A DNA stretch of 64,000 bases from a virus (IMGVR_UViG_2595698832_000001:32001-96000); one strand, 5' to 3'; shown: positions 42,991 to 54,999, counted from the first letter of the stretch. Notes: generated by a model not told the origin, from the sequence alone. Numbers and translations: made by a program.

Positions 42991-44595
42991 ATGAAAGAAT
43001 TAGTAGCATCGTGGCTAGCACGCAGATTTACAGATAATGACTTTAGAAGTGTTCTCAAAAATGTCGTTCTAAAAGATGGTATAGGTAAAGGCGCCAAACG
43101 CCCAGATAATGCTACCAATTTTGTGAATACAAAAACTGGTGAATTAATAGAACCTACTAAAATTCGTGAATTTATCAAAGCTATGAATGTGGAGGTTCAA
43201 ACTCGTAATAATTTTTATAAAGGTAATACCGCTTATCAAAATGTTTCTCAAGTTACTCAAAGTGGTATTTTACAGGGTTCTGTGGTTTCAAACACACCTT
43301 ATACTGCTATGCAGGTTGTTTTAGAATCATTTGTAGGTGATGGTATTAGAAATTTTGGAACCGCAGTTCAAGCAGATTTTAATCAAGTTAAATTAAATCA
43401 AAAATCTTTATTTTTAGCACACGGTAATTATTTCGCAAGATTAGAATTTACAGCAAGTGCGATTGCTAATATTTCTGGTGGTATAAGATTAACTTATAAT
43501 CAGTCTCAACTTTGGTATGATCAAGGTAGATCAGAAGTTAATATTAATTATGATGCTTTAACAAAAATATTAGCTCTTGAAAATTTTACAGATGTAGAAA
43601 TTGGTATAGCAGATTTTAGCTCTAAAAAAATTAAATGGTTTAATAACGTTAAACTTAAAGCAAGCACATTAAAATTCACAGTTTCGCAAAATACAGAAAA
43701 TGCTAATAAAACAGTGCAAAAACGTATAGTTTCTGGGTATTTAGATTTTACAATTGATCAAACTATTGAGGATACAATATCTGAGAAATTAAGAGGTGCT
43801 TTGATCACAGCTGCTAGATTTAATAAATTCAAACAATTATTAAATAAAGCTGAAGTTGCTTGTTTATGTGATTGTAATTATTGTACTTGTGATTGTAATT
43901 ATTGTACTTGTGATTGTAATTATTGTACTTGTAATTGTAATTATTGTACTTGTGATTGTAATTATTGTACTTGTGATTGTAATTATTGTACTTGCAATAA
44001 TAATAAAGAATACACTGATAGTGTTAATTATTGGAATGGTGTTGTTTGTACTTGTAATGCGAATATTACTTGCCAAACTCAAGGTCCTGGATATACACCA
44101 GTTTATACAAACAAATATATGACTGAGTGTTCTTGTCAAGGTGATAGAAGTGTTCCGCAATACAACCAATACGGTCAAATATATGGTTATGCGTGTAGAT
44201 GTAATGCTAACTGGATTAATTCTGTTAGACAACACGCTACCGTAACTCAAGTATGTTCTTGTAACGTCGACAAGCAATGGACTAAAAATATTACAGGTAA
44301 ACCAATTTGGGATAAAAAATCTACAGGTCAAATCGATAATATTGTCAACAACAATACTTCAAATTCACAAACAAGCACTACTGTAAGAGTTTGTGTTTGC
44401 GATACAAACGTCACGATAGCCGCACAATGTGCTACAAATAGAACAATGGCTTATGTTGATGGATCAACTGGAAGTCAAGGCGGTTACAGATGTGTTTGCG
44501 ATACCAACACAAATAGACAAATTGCTTGTTCTGCTAATAGAGAATATAAATATGTCACTGACTATACTCAATTTCAAAATAAACAATACAATTAA
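42991..44595 (+). CDS. Cys-rich repeat protein, late-expressed; candidate radical-SAM substrate
   Basis: No Cys in first 290 aa, 35 Cys in the rest, including 6x C(D/N)CNYCT; AATAAATA upstream. Confidence 0.75.
   Translation: MKELVASWLARRFTDNDFRSVLKNVVLKDGIGKGAKRPDNATNFVNTKTGELIEPTKIREFIKAMNVEVQTRNNFYKGNTAYQNVSQVTQSGILQGSVVSNTPYTAMQVVLESFVGDGIRNFGTAVQADFNQVKLNQKSLFLAHGNYFARLEFTASAIANISGGIRLTYNQSQLWYDQGRSEVNINYDALTKILALENFTDVEIGIADFSSKKIKWFNNVKLKASTLKFTVSQNTENANKTVQKRIVSGYLDFTIDQTIEDTISEKLRGALITAARFNKFKQLLNKAEVACLCDCNYCTCDCNYCTCDCNYCTCNCNYCTCDCNYCTCDCNYCTCNNNKEYTDSVNYWNGVVCTCNANITCQTQGPGYTPVYTNKYMTECSCQGDRSVPQYNQYGQIYGYACRCNANWINSVRQHATVTQVCSCNVDKQWTKNITGKPIWDKKSTGQIDNIVNNNTSNSQTSTTVRVCVCDTNVTIAAQCATNRTMAYVDGSTGSQGGYRCVCDTNTNRQIACSANREYKYVTDYTQFQNKQYN
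43867..43992 (+). repeat. 21-bp tandem repeat x6
   Basis: TGT(G/A)ATTGTAATTATTGTACT. Confidence 0.95.
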
Positions 44596-44757
44596 AACTC
44601 AATTAACATATAATCAGCTTGAAGTTCTTAAAAAGAGCTTCAATGCTTTTTAAAAATTTAAGATCAAAGATTTAAAACTAAAGTTTAAATTTTAAAATAT
44701 TTTTAAGTCAAAATATATTATAATTATTTTATCAAAGCTGTATATAAAGGAGATATA

Positions 44758-45838
44758 ATGAATTATTTAGAACTTAAAAATATGGCAGAGAATTTAAAAG
44801 ATTCTAATTATAGGTCAACAAAATTAAACGATTTTAAATTCTATACTTATATATTGTCAGATTATAAAAACTTCAAAGAAAATAATACTTTTTTCATAAG
44901 AGGTTTAATGATAGATTCTAAATCTATATTAAACAAAGATACTTTAGCACCTGGTATATCGATACCAATGCCAAAATTCTTTAATATTAATGAAAATGAA
45001 GATTGGATATTACCAGATTCTACAAATCTTGAAGATTTCACTATAGTGACAAAATACGATGGTTCTTTAATGATACCTTATGAATATGATGGTATAAAAT
45101 TTAGAACTAAAATGTCTATTGACAACGATCAAACTAAATTAGCTAATAAGTATATCAAAAATAATCCAGATATATTAGATCTAATAAAAAATAATCCAGG
45201 CACCCAGTACTTTTTTGAGTTGATATCACCTTTAAATAGAATAGTGGTAGACTATAATAAAACTGAATTAAAATTAATAGCTGAATTAGATCTTAGAACA
45301 TTAGAATTTAAAATTCACGAAACTAACGAGTTTAATTTTAAAGATTTAAATATTAGGACTCTAAAAGATCTTAAAGATTATATAAACACCATATCTAATT
45401 ACGAAGGTGTCATATTACAGCATAAAGTAACTAAAAAAGTACTACAAGTTAAAAACACAAGAATATTTAGACTTACATAATACTGTAACTAATTTAGATT
45501 TAAAAGTGATATACAAAATGATATTAGAAGAAACTATAGATGATGTGTTACCAAAATTATCACCAGAAGCTGTGGCTTATGTTGATTCTGTATCTAATTC
45601 AGTAAAAGTTAAGTTAAATGAAATATTAGATTCTATAGATTCTAATTATATTAAAGCTAAAGATCTTGAAGCTCCAGCTTTATATATAAAAGATTTGAAT
45701 ATAGATCCTATAGCCAAAGATTGTTTATTTAAATTATGTAGAAATAAACTTAATTTAGACAACGTCTTAGATCAAGTTAAAAAATCTATGTTAAAATATA
45801 ACAAATTGCGAGATATTAAGGTTTTTTTAAAGCTATAA
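44758..45838 (+). CDS. rnlA: RNA ligase 1 (T4 RnlA-like), frameshift near 45440
   Basis: PKFFNINE, KYDGSL, FELISPLNRIVVDY, EGVI. Confidence 0.85.
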
Positions 45839-45991
45839 ATTATATAATATTAAAATCAAGTCTTAAATCAATCTTTAAAAGGTTTTTCTTAAATGAATTC
45901 ATTTATATATTATATTGCAGTTTACGGCGGGATAAGTGTGATTTTGAGTGTTTTTGCAGTATATATTTCTCATAAGTTTTAAAGGTATAAA

Positions 45992-46405
45992 ATGAACACA
46001 ATTAAACTAACTTGGAATGATGTTCACCAAGCTTTGCATAATCTTACAAATGAAGTAGATCTTAAAAATTTTGATTGTATAATAACTCCCAATAGAGGTG
46101 GATTAATAATAACTAGTATGTTGCAATACACCCAGGGTGTTAAATTACCTGTTTATGTAATTAATGATTCTGATGTAATCAACATTCAAAATCATAAAAA
46201 AATTTTGTTTTTAGATGATATTAATGATACAAGTAAAACAATATTTAAAATACAAAAAGTTTTTAATGGTCTCATAACATTTAAAACATTATTTGAAAGA
46301 TATAATAGTCCATTTAAAACTGAGACTATCAATATCATCTTGAATGATGCTTGGCTAATTTTTCCTTGGGATGTTGAACCAGAAGTTTTAAATCTAAGAA
46401 AGTGA
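45992..46405 (+). CDS. Type I purine phosphoribosyltransferase (Gpt-like)
   Basis: RGGL, FLDDINDTSKT PRPP-binding motif, WLIFPWD. Confidence 0.8.
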   Translation: MNTIKLTWNDVHQALHNLTNEVDLKNFDCIITPNRGGLIITSMLQYTQGVKLPVYVINDSDVINIQNHKKILFLDDINDTSKTIFKIQKVFNGLITFKTLFERYNSPFKTETINIILNDAWLIFPWDVEPEVLNLRK

Positions 46406-46414
46406 GTAATTAAT

Positions 46415-46756
46415 ATGCTAGTACCAAAAATAATCAGAAATTCAAAAGTTTATAGATTTATAAAAAATATCATTAAATTCAGAAATGAATTAATAATTTG
46501 GAGACCTTATGAGCCAATATTTGATTTAAAATTGATTTATAAAATGCTTAAAATCAAAAGAGAATATTGGCTTGATGATTGTGGTGGAGCAGCTTACGAA
46601 GGTATGGAAAAAGAATTAGATACTTTAAATAGACTCTTAAATGAGTTAGACTTAGTATTTAAATATTCATATGATGGTGATGACCAAACTGCTATGATCC
46701 ATTTTGATATTTTTATGGAAATTTATAAGAAAAATGCTTTTAAATTGTGGTGTTGA
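46415..46756 (+). CDS. hypothetical protein
   Basis: 113-aa ORF in operon. Confidence 0.55.
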   Translation: MLVPKIIRNSKVYRFIKNIIKFRNELIIWRPYEPIFDLKLIYKMLKIKREYWLDDCGGAAYEGMEKELDTLNRLLNELDLVFKYSYDGDDQTAMIHFDIFMEIYKKNAFKLWC

Positions 46757-46844
46757 TACGAAAATGCGTGTCAGAATCTAAAATACTGAAATATTTAAGT
46801 TATATTTAATCATAAATACGATATAATATATCTAAAGGAGAATT

Positions 46845-48015
46845 ATGGAATATTTACCAAAAACTCAAGGACCTAAAAAACTTTATAATTTTGATATTAA
46901 TATGACTCAAGCGTGTACACTAAGATGTACATACTGCATTCAAGATTTTAATAAACAAAAATTTGAAAAATTATCACCAGAACTTACTAAGAAAATGATA
47001 GAAAAGTTTGATTTCTTGTTAAATTCGGTAGAATTCAATAAACATTATGATGGTATTAGAATTTCATTCTGGGGTGGAGAACCCACAACTAACCTAGAAG
47101 GTGTTAAAGAGTTTGTAGAATACTATAGACACAACCCAAAAGTTTGTTTCTTTATGTATTCAAATGGTTATAAATACAACCACGTTTTTTGATTACTTAG
47201 AAACATTTAAGTATATGCCAAATGTCGGGTCAGAACCAAAATTCTTGACTCAAATATCTTATGATGGAATGGCAAGTCACGATTCAGATAGACTTAATTT
47301 GCAAGGTAAAGGTTCAGCACAACAAGTTAAAGAAACTGTTTTTGAACTAGCAAAAAGAAATATACCTTTTATTGTTCATCCTACGATTGCAGCTAAGAAT
47401 TTCGATAAGATTGCTATTAATTATTTCGAATTTAAAAGAATGTCCGATGTCTTAGGTATTGAACTTAATTATAACCCTACGATAGATTATATGTCTAAAT
47501 ATGATTTTACAAAAGAACAATTAGAAGCATTGACAAATACTTTAAAAGAAGAATTCTTAAAAATACGTGATGCTGAAGTTGAGTTCTTTAAAAGAAAAGG
47601 ATATTTTAATTTTGGTTGGATGAATCCAAATAGAAGTATTTGTACAGCAGGTGATGGCTATTCTGGTATTGAATTGGATGGTAAAATGTATGCTTGTCAC
47701 GGTGTTTTTAGTGAAGAATATAAACCAAATAATGTTTTAAATGATATTAATTTTGAGAATGTAAAATTTACTGATACTTTAATCAAAAGCTCACAAGATC
47801 ATAGAAAAATATTAAATGAAAATATGCCTAAAGCTTGTCAAGAATGTTTTACACATTATTGTTTAAAATGCAATTCTACAAAATTTGGTATTTCTAATAA
47901 AGAAACCTACGCAGAAAGATGGACTGATTATAGTTGCCAACCTGGTTTATGTTATATGTTTAAATTCATAGGTAAATATAGAATAGCTTTGATGAAATAT
48001 ATTCAAGCTTCTTAG
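46845..48015 (+). CDS. Radical SAM enzyme with SPASM domain (frameshift near 47185)
   Basis: CTLRCTYC (CxxxCxxC), GGEP; C-terminal CTAG..ACH..CQEC..CLKC..C..C. Confidence 0.88.
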
Positions 48016-48118
48016 AATTCTAAAATAGTTCTAAATTGACACTATAGTGTTCTATTTTAGAAACTATACTGACATATACCAGAATCCAAAAATAAATATA
48101 CAAAAAGTAGGATTTATT

Positions 48119-51100
48119 TTGAGTATAATAAAATCAACTGCTAGGGGTATTAGAGGTACTTATAGAGCAGGCAAAAATGCAGTTAATAGTGTTAATTCTG
48201 CTTATAATAGTGCTGTTAGTGGTATAAACAAAGTAAATTCTGCTTTAGATCCTATGAATACAGTTAGAAGTGCTACTCAAAGACTCAATAACTGGATGGA
48301 TTCGGATTCTAAAGTATCTAAGACAACTACAAAAAAATAATGATTCAATTGTTAGTGAATTAAACAATGTAGCCAATGAAGTTGTTAGTGCAGCTAAAGC
48401 TTTAGATCCTATGAATGCTAGAAAATTAACTGAAATTTCAGAATCTCTTAAAAAATATTTCAAAACAAATCTCGGATATTAAAAAAAGGATTAATAGATA
48501 ATCAAGATACAGAAATAAGACACCAAGGTTTTGATAAAAACGTTCAAAATGTTTCAGAATCTAAAGTAAATGTACCTCAGAATAAAAGTTTTTTTGATAA
48601 ACTTTTAGGTTGGTTAGGAGGTTTATTAGGTATATCGGCAGGTGCTTTATTACCATTATTGGGATCATTAGGAAGTTTTTTAACAAAGCCTTTAGATTTC
48701 ATTTTAGATCTATTAAAAGGTGGTATTAATAAATTATGGACTTTATTTGAGCCATTATTAGGCCCTATTATAGACCCTTTAAAAAATGGATTTGAATTCT
48801 TAAAAAATAAATGGAACTCATTAGTAGATTTTATCAATAAAAAAATTAATATTGGTGATAAATGGAAAATCTCAGATAATGATAATCCAAAAAAATCCAA
48901 AATCACCAAAAGTAAGTTCATCTAATCCAGCTAAAGAACAATCTTGGATGTCTAAGAAATGGGATTCTTTTAAAGGTGCTATGCAAAATGGATATGATTG
49001 GGCTTCGCAAAAAGTAGATGATTTAAAATCATATGCTAGTAAGAAATATCAAGATATTAAAAAATTCTAAAGTAGGTAAAATTATATCTGCAGGATATGA
49101 TAAATTAAAAGCAGCACAAAAATATATTGTAGAAAAAGCTATTGAAGGATTTGATGCTGTTAAAAATATGGTAAGCTCTGCTTGGGATTCAGCAGTTAAA
49201 GCAGCACAAAAAGGCTTTAATATGCTTAAAAAGTTTGCTTTAGCTCCTATGGAGAAATTTGTTAGTTCAGTAGGTAAGAAACTATTTGGAAGTTCTAAGT
49301 TATTTTCAGTTCTACCTAGTATACTTGGAAATCTTGAAAAAATAGGAGCAAGATTAGCTGCTAGTGGTGCTAAAATAGCTTCAAAAGCTTTACCAGGTGT
49401 TGGATTTGCTGTAGGTATATACCAAGCTTGGGATTTCTTTACTCGTGGTAGATGGGTATTGGGTTCAATAGCAGCACTTAGTGCTTGTATTTCATTATTA
49501 CCAGGTATTGGTGGGATCATATCTATGTGTTTAGACTTAGGTTTATTTGCTACTGATATTATAACAAGTCCAGATGATGTAGATAATCTTAATAAAGAAC
49601 AAAATGATTTAGTAAATACAGCAAATAAAATGGTTCAAAATAATGATACTGGAGGTATTTTAGAACCAAGTCAAGTAGAAAAAGATAAAGCACAATCTGG
49701 AGTTCAAGATTCAAGTTCTAATTCAAGTTCAAGTAATAAAGGATTAAATGCTAAAGTACTTGATGGTAAATCTGCTAACGATTTTGCTGCTTCGTATACA
49801 CCACATAAAGTGGATTCTAACGGAACCGTTATAGCTGCTAAAACAGGTTCTATATATAAAGGTTTGACCTGGGTAGAATCTGAAAAATATGATGCTGAAA
49901 AGCAAGCTTATTTTAAGAAACGTGAAGAAAAAGAAGCACAATTAGATGCGCTTTTTGAACAAGGTCAAAAAGCTATGAATTCTGGAGATACTGAAACCTT
50001 TAATAAATTAGTTACACAAAGAAATAAATTATCTGATGAATTATCTAAAATGAGCTTAGATTCTATCGATTCTAAATATCAAGCTATTGGACAAGCAAGA
50101 ATTAAAAAATTAGCAAAGCCAAGGAGCTAATGCAGATTTATCGGTATTTAGAACTAATGGAGATTCAAGTACTAGTTCAGGGGGAACTGATACAAAACCA
50201 GATTCTACAAATGCTAGTGCTAGTGTAGCTTCGCAAGCTTCTGGTTCAATCTCTCCGGCGCAAGTTCAAGGAGCTCAATCCACAGAAGCCCAAGGCTCGA
50301 GTTCAGGAGGATCTCCAGGAGCAAGAGCTGCAGCAGAATTCAGTAAAAAATATAACTTAGGAACTAGAGCAACAGGCGCTTGCGCCAAGTATGTTAGATC
50401 TTATTTGATGGCAGCAGGATATCCATTATCTGGTTGGCCAGTAGCAGCTGCAGATTATATAAATTTCTTACCTAAATATGGTTTTACACCAGTTCAAGGT
50501 AGAGCTTCACAAATAAGCCCAGAAGTAGGTGACATTTCAATAACCCAGAGATTTGGAAATCACAAATATGGGCATATTGCTATTTGGAATGGTTCTAATT
50601 GGGTTTCAGATTTTAAACAAAACTCAGTTTCAATTTATAGAGACGTAAATGCTTTCGGTGGGCCGGATGCTAATATAACTATTCTAAGAGATACTTCAGG
50701 TCAAAATCCATCTCAAGAACTTGTAAATCAACAATTATCCAATATGAATAGTTCTTTTAAAGTTGCATTAGGGGGTGGAGGTGCTAAAGGTGCTGTTTAT
50801 AGTTTGGATTCTGGAGTTTCAAATGTTGTTACAAATACAGCAGGCGCTGCAGCTAGTGTTATAAGTTCTGGTGTAAGTAGTATCCAATCTTTTGCTAATG
50901 CTAATTCTATTACAACCAGAAAATCTTTAACTCAAATGTATACAGAATCTGGATTAAGTACTAGTTTTGGGTCAAGTTCAGTCCCACAAGCTGCTAGCCC
51001 AGCTGCAAATTCAACACCAAAAGAAACAAAAGCAGATATTAAGCCAGCTTCAAAACCAGTAGCGTCAACTCCAAAAGCAGTTCCTAAAGCTGCTAGCTAT

Positions 51101-51601
51101 GGTACACCACACAGAGGTCAATATGATGCAGAAACAATGGAAGACTTTAACAACTTAGGAGATAACTTTAGTAAATCCAAATCGCCAATTTCTTTACCTG
51201 GAGATTCGAAATCTAACGTTCAGACTAATAATGCTGGTTCAGTAGCACCAGTAACTCCTGTAGTTAATATAAAGAATAATTCATCTCCAAGTGATTATTC
51301 TTGGGCTTCTAAAAACAGTTTTAAAATTGCTAGAATGTTTGGTTTAGATGGCATCAGCGATTACGAAATACTTAATGAAGGTTCAGAATCTGACTTTTTA
51401 CAATCTTATGGTATGTCTAAAAGACAAGCAATTCAATCAGCAGGGTTAAACAATACAGTACAAACCAAAGTTGCTAGTAATGTTAAAACAAAAGATGTGA
51501 TACCAGCTGTCAATAAAACCCAAATAAATAATACCAATATACAGACTAAAACAAAAGAAACTTCTAATAAAGATTTGACTGATTCTTTTGTTTTGAGCTA
51601 A
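48119..51601 (+). CDS. Tape-measure/baseplate hub-like protein with NlpC/P60 (CHAP-like) peptidoglycan hydrolase domain; several frameshifts
   Basis: W-periodic helical repeats; CAKYVRSYL..GD..YGHIAIWNGSNWVSDF; lies just upstream of gp48. Confidence 0.6.
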
Positions 51602-51628
51602 GGTTCATTAAATGCAAAGGATTAAATT

Positions 51629-52561
51629 TTGGGATTATTTGGTTCTGTCAGTAGTGTTATTTCAGGTGTTGATTTACCAAAAGCTACGAAAACTTTCTCG
51701 GCCAACAATGGCGCTGAAATTCTAAAATTTACCAAATCTTTAGAATCTGATAATTTTAAACATAAACAAATAATATTAACTGTTTATGACCCAAATGATT
51801 TCTATAAAAAAGTCAAAGATGCTATTGGTCAAAAAATGTCAAGCCTGATGACAGCAGGAACTTCAGCATTTTCTGGTGATGGGTATGATTCTTCAGATGC
51901 TAGCCAAGCTCTAAAAGATGCGGGCCAAGACATTGTAGATATGTCAGCTGTCAATATATTATATACAATACATTTACCATTAATGAATGCTTTTCAGGAA
52001 CAAAATTCCCATAATTATTCTGAAGATACTGGTATTTTAGGTTCTATGGCAAATGCTGCTAATGAATTATCAAGTACAGCTAGTTCTGGTATAATTGAAG
52101 CTTATGGTAGATTTGGAGATTTTGGTGGAAATACAGATAATATGGCATTTGCTCCGCAACTACCACAAGTAGATCCATTAAAATGGCAAAACTTTAAAGG
52201 TTCCAACTTAAGAACATTTCAATTTACTTTTAAAATATCTCCTAGAAATATAGATGAAGCTTCTAATATGATGAGAATATTTTGGTTATTAAAAAGAAGT
52301 TCATACCCTAAAAAAGAAGCTGGTGGTGTCTTATTGATACCGCCTGCAAGAATAGGTGTCCAATTTTCAAACCCACTGCTACATAAGTTGATAGCTCCTG
52401 GTATTTGTGTAATAGATGGTGTTTCTATGGTTTATGAAAACGGTGATGATATTGCTGTAACATTAGACGGAGTTCCAAAGAAAATAGAGTTTACATTATC
52501 ATTAAAAGAATTCCGTCAAAAATACCAGGATGATTGGAATTTTGAAAATGCTAGTCTATAG
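51629..52561 (+). CDS. gp48: Baseplate tail-tube cap (gp48-like)
   Basis: FKGSNLRTFQFTFKISPRN.DEA..P..LKE. Confidence 0.75.
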   Translation: MGLFGSVSSVISGVDLPKATKTFSANNGAEILKFTKSLESDNFKHKQIILTVYDPNDFYKKVKDAIGQKMSSLMTAGTSAFSGDGYDSSDASQALKDAGQDIVDMSAVNILYTIHLPLMNAFQEQNSHNYSEDTGILGSMANAANELSSTASSGIIEAYGRFGDFGGNTDNMAFAPQLPQVDPLKWQNFKGSNLRTFQFTFKISPRNIDEASNMMRIFWLLKRSSYPKKEAGGVLLIPPARIGVQFSNPLLHKLIAPGICVIDGVSMVYENGDDIAVTLDGVPKKIEFTLSLKEFRQKYQDDWNFENASL

Positions 52562-52569
52562 GAGTTAGA

Positions 52570-53061
52570 ATGTATATTAGTAAGCAACTTACAAATTATT
52601 TAGATAATTATTCGTTCAGTGAAGCTAATAAGACCGAAGCAGAAGTTTGTAATGTTAGAGATTACAGGTCTATGGATTATAGCACTATAACAAAATATAT
52701 TAATGATTCTAATACTATTAATGTTAAAATAAATGCAAATGATTTCATTGAAAGTGTTTCTAATAGATTGTATAATGATCCTAATTTATGGGATTTATTA
52801 ATGCTTATTAATAATAAAGATGCCTTGAGTGATATGCCTTATGATAATGATAGAATAGCAGATATGGCTGACGAATTGATAGCCAATTATTTTAATAATC
52901 CTGAGAAACCATACCAAGGTAATGTTACTGAACAATTAATAACCGAATACAGGGAATATTTGATAGATTTATTAACACAAAAGAATTATCAAAATATGAT
53001 TATAAAAGCTTTAGACCCTGCTTATTTGGGTGACTTCTTAAGACTTTTTAAGTACAAATAA
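52570..53061 (+). CDS. gp53: Baseplate wedge protein (gp53-like)
   Basis: ESVSNRLYNDPNLWDLLMLIN..DMP. Confidence 0.7.
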   Translation: MYISKQLTNYLDNYSFSEANKTEAEVCNVRDYRSMDYSTITKYINDSNTINVKINANDFIESVSNRLYNDPNLWDLLMLINNKDALSDMPYDNDRIADMADELIANYFNNPEKPYQGNVTEQLITEYREYLIDLLTQKNYQNMIIKALDPAYLGDFLRLFKYK

Positions 53062-53065
53062 TTTA

Positions 53066-53934
53066 ATAAGCCAAGCATTTTTTATACTTTTTAATATTAG
53101 TTTAAGCTTTGCTTTAAGTTTTAAGCATATGCTAGGATATATAGCATTGTTATATACTATTAAAAAAGCCAAGCATTTTTTATACTTTTTAATATTAGTT
53201 TAAGCTTTGCTTTAAGTTTTAAGCATATACTAGGATATAATACTATAGTATACACTACTAAAAAGCCAAGCATTTTTTATACTTTTTAATATTGCTTTAA
53301 GATTTGTTTTGTATTTTAATGTGAGATTCCAAGTCCTTGAAAATTTTTTAAAAAAATTTTTACTCTTTAATATGATATATTATAATATAAAGCTTTTTAA
53401 AAAAGTTTTTTCGGGTTTTTAAAACCAAAATTTTAGTTTAGATTTTAAAACTTAAAGCAATATTAAAAAGTATAAAAAATGCTTGGCTTTTTAGTAGTGT
53501 ATAACAATGCTATATATCCTATCATATGCTTAAAACTTAAAGCAATATTAAAAAGTATAAAAAATGCTTGGCTTTTTAGTAGTGTATAACAATGCTATAT
53601 ATCCTATCATATGCTTAAAACTTAAAGCAATATTAAAAAGTATAAAAAATGCTTGGCTTTTTAGTAGTGTATAACAATGCTATATATCCTATCATATGCT
53701 TAAAACTTAAAGCAATATTAAAAAGTATAAAAAATGCTTGGCTTTTTAGTAGTGTATAACAATGCTATATATCCTATCATATGCTTAAAACTTAAAGCAA
53801 TATTAAAAAGTATAAAAAATGCTTGGCTTTTTAGTAGTGTATAACAATGCTATATATCCTATCATATGCTTAAAACTTAAAGCAATATTAAAAAGTATAA
53901 AAAATGCTTGGCTTTTTAGTAGTGTATAACAATG
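53066..53934. repeat. Repeat region 2: 3 units inverted relative to 6 units of 85 bp, around an AT-rich spacer
   Basis: Same core as region 1 at 53451+85n; reverse-complement copies at 53070-53300. Confidence 0.95.
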
Positions 53935-54029
53935 ACTACATTTCAGTTAAAATTCAGTTATATTTTAATATAATACCGTAAGTATAAAAAAATAAATACT
54001 TGAATATAATATAACAAGCAAGGAAATAT

Positions 54030-54533
54030 ATGACTAGTAATAGCTATTCGCAATCTAGTAATTATAAAATATTTTTACCTTTTCTAGGCGATGAATGGAT
54101 ATATGCTCAAAATATAGCATTACCGGGGTTTAGTCTGAACCCAAGTCAAGCCAACTTCGGCGGTAAAACTATTTATGTTGGTGGTGACCACATAGACTAT
54201 GACCCAGTAACTGTAGGTTTCCTTGTGGGAGAAGATTTCAAAATATATACAAAATTAATCAAATATATTTTCGATAGAGTTCACCCAAATAATGGTAATA
54301 TCGAACCATTAAAAGAATTTACTTGTGGTGTGGAAATAACCGACAATAAAGGAGAATCGTTGGTCAGTATGACTATGTATGGTTGTAAAATCACAAACTT
54401 AGGTGCTTTACAACTAATATCGAATGCTGATGATGCTGAACAAACTTTTGATCTTACCTTTAATTTCGATAATTTCGAATTGATCGATTATTTTGAATCT
54501 ATTAAATTAAAAGAAGCTGTTATAAAATCATAA
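54030..54533 (+). CDS. gp3: Tail completion/tube terminator (gp3-like)
   Basis: AQNIALPG..GDHIDYDPVTVGFLVGED. Confidence 0.75.
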   Translation: MTSNSYSQSSNYKIFLPFLGDEWIYAQNIALPGFSLNPSQANFGGKTIYVGGDHIDYDPVTVGFLVGEDFKIYTKLIKYIFDRVHPNNGNIEPLKEFTCGVEITDNKGESLVSMTMYGCKITNLGALQLISNADDAEQTFDLTFNFDNFELIDYFESIKLKEAVIKS

Positions 54534-54542
54534 AGGGTTCTA

Positions 54543-54962
54543 ATGGAACAAGTAATAGAAGCAGAAATCGTTGAGTTCGATTCTGAGAAAGCTAAAATTA
54601 ATAAAGCTCAATTAAATCCAGATGAAATAATTCAATTGGATTTAGTAGTAGACGATTATAATAAATTAAGACAAATTATTTTAGCTAATGTAGCACAATT
54701 AAAAGTTATGAGTGACAACCTAGTTCAAGAAATGGAAATTGAAGGATATAACCCAGACTTAGTAACTGCTTATAGTAAACTAATTGAAACTTCAAACAAG
54801 TCTTTAAAAATTCTAACGGATTCTTATAAAGGGATATCTGATATTTTAATTAATATTAATAAAATTAATGCATTGCACCCAAGTACAGAAGTTAAAGAAG
54901 ATTTTGAAGTTATTTCAACTGCAGATGTTATTAAAAGAATCCGAGATTCAAAACAGGATTAA
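54543..54962 (+). CDS. gp16: Terminase small subunit (gp16-like)
   Basis: DDYNKLR..P....AYSKLI resembles T4 gp16 helices. Confidence 0.55.
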   Translation: MEQVIEAEIVEFDSEKAKINKAQLNPDEIIQLDLVVDDYNKLRQIILANVAQLKVMSDNLVQEMEIEGYNPDLVTAYSKLIETSNKSLKILTDSYKGISDILININKINALHPSTEVKEDFEVISTADVIKRIRDSKQD

Positions 54963-54999
54963 ATATTGAAAACAAAGTATTTCAGATAGGACAAATCAA

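Noticed and set aside
43856-44331. Alternative-frame ORFs (VIVIIVL)n and (TITSTII)n
   Set aside because: By-products of the 21-bp repeat in the Cys-rich gene
48047-50130. Several small independent genes or pseudogenes
   Set aside because: Fragments join at homopolymer shifts into one tape-measure-like gene
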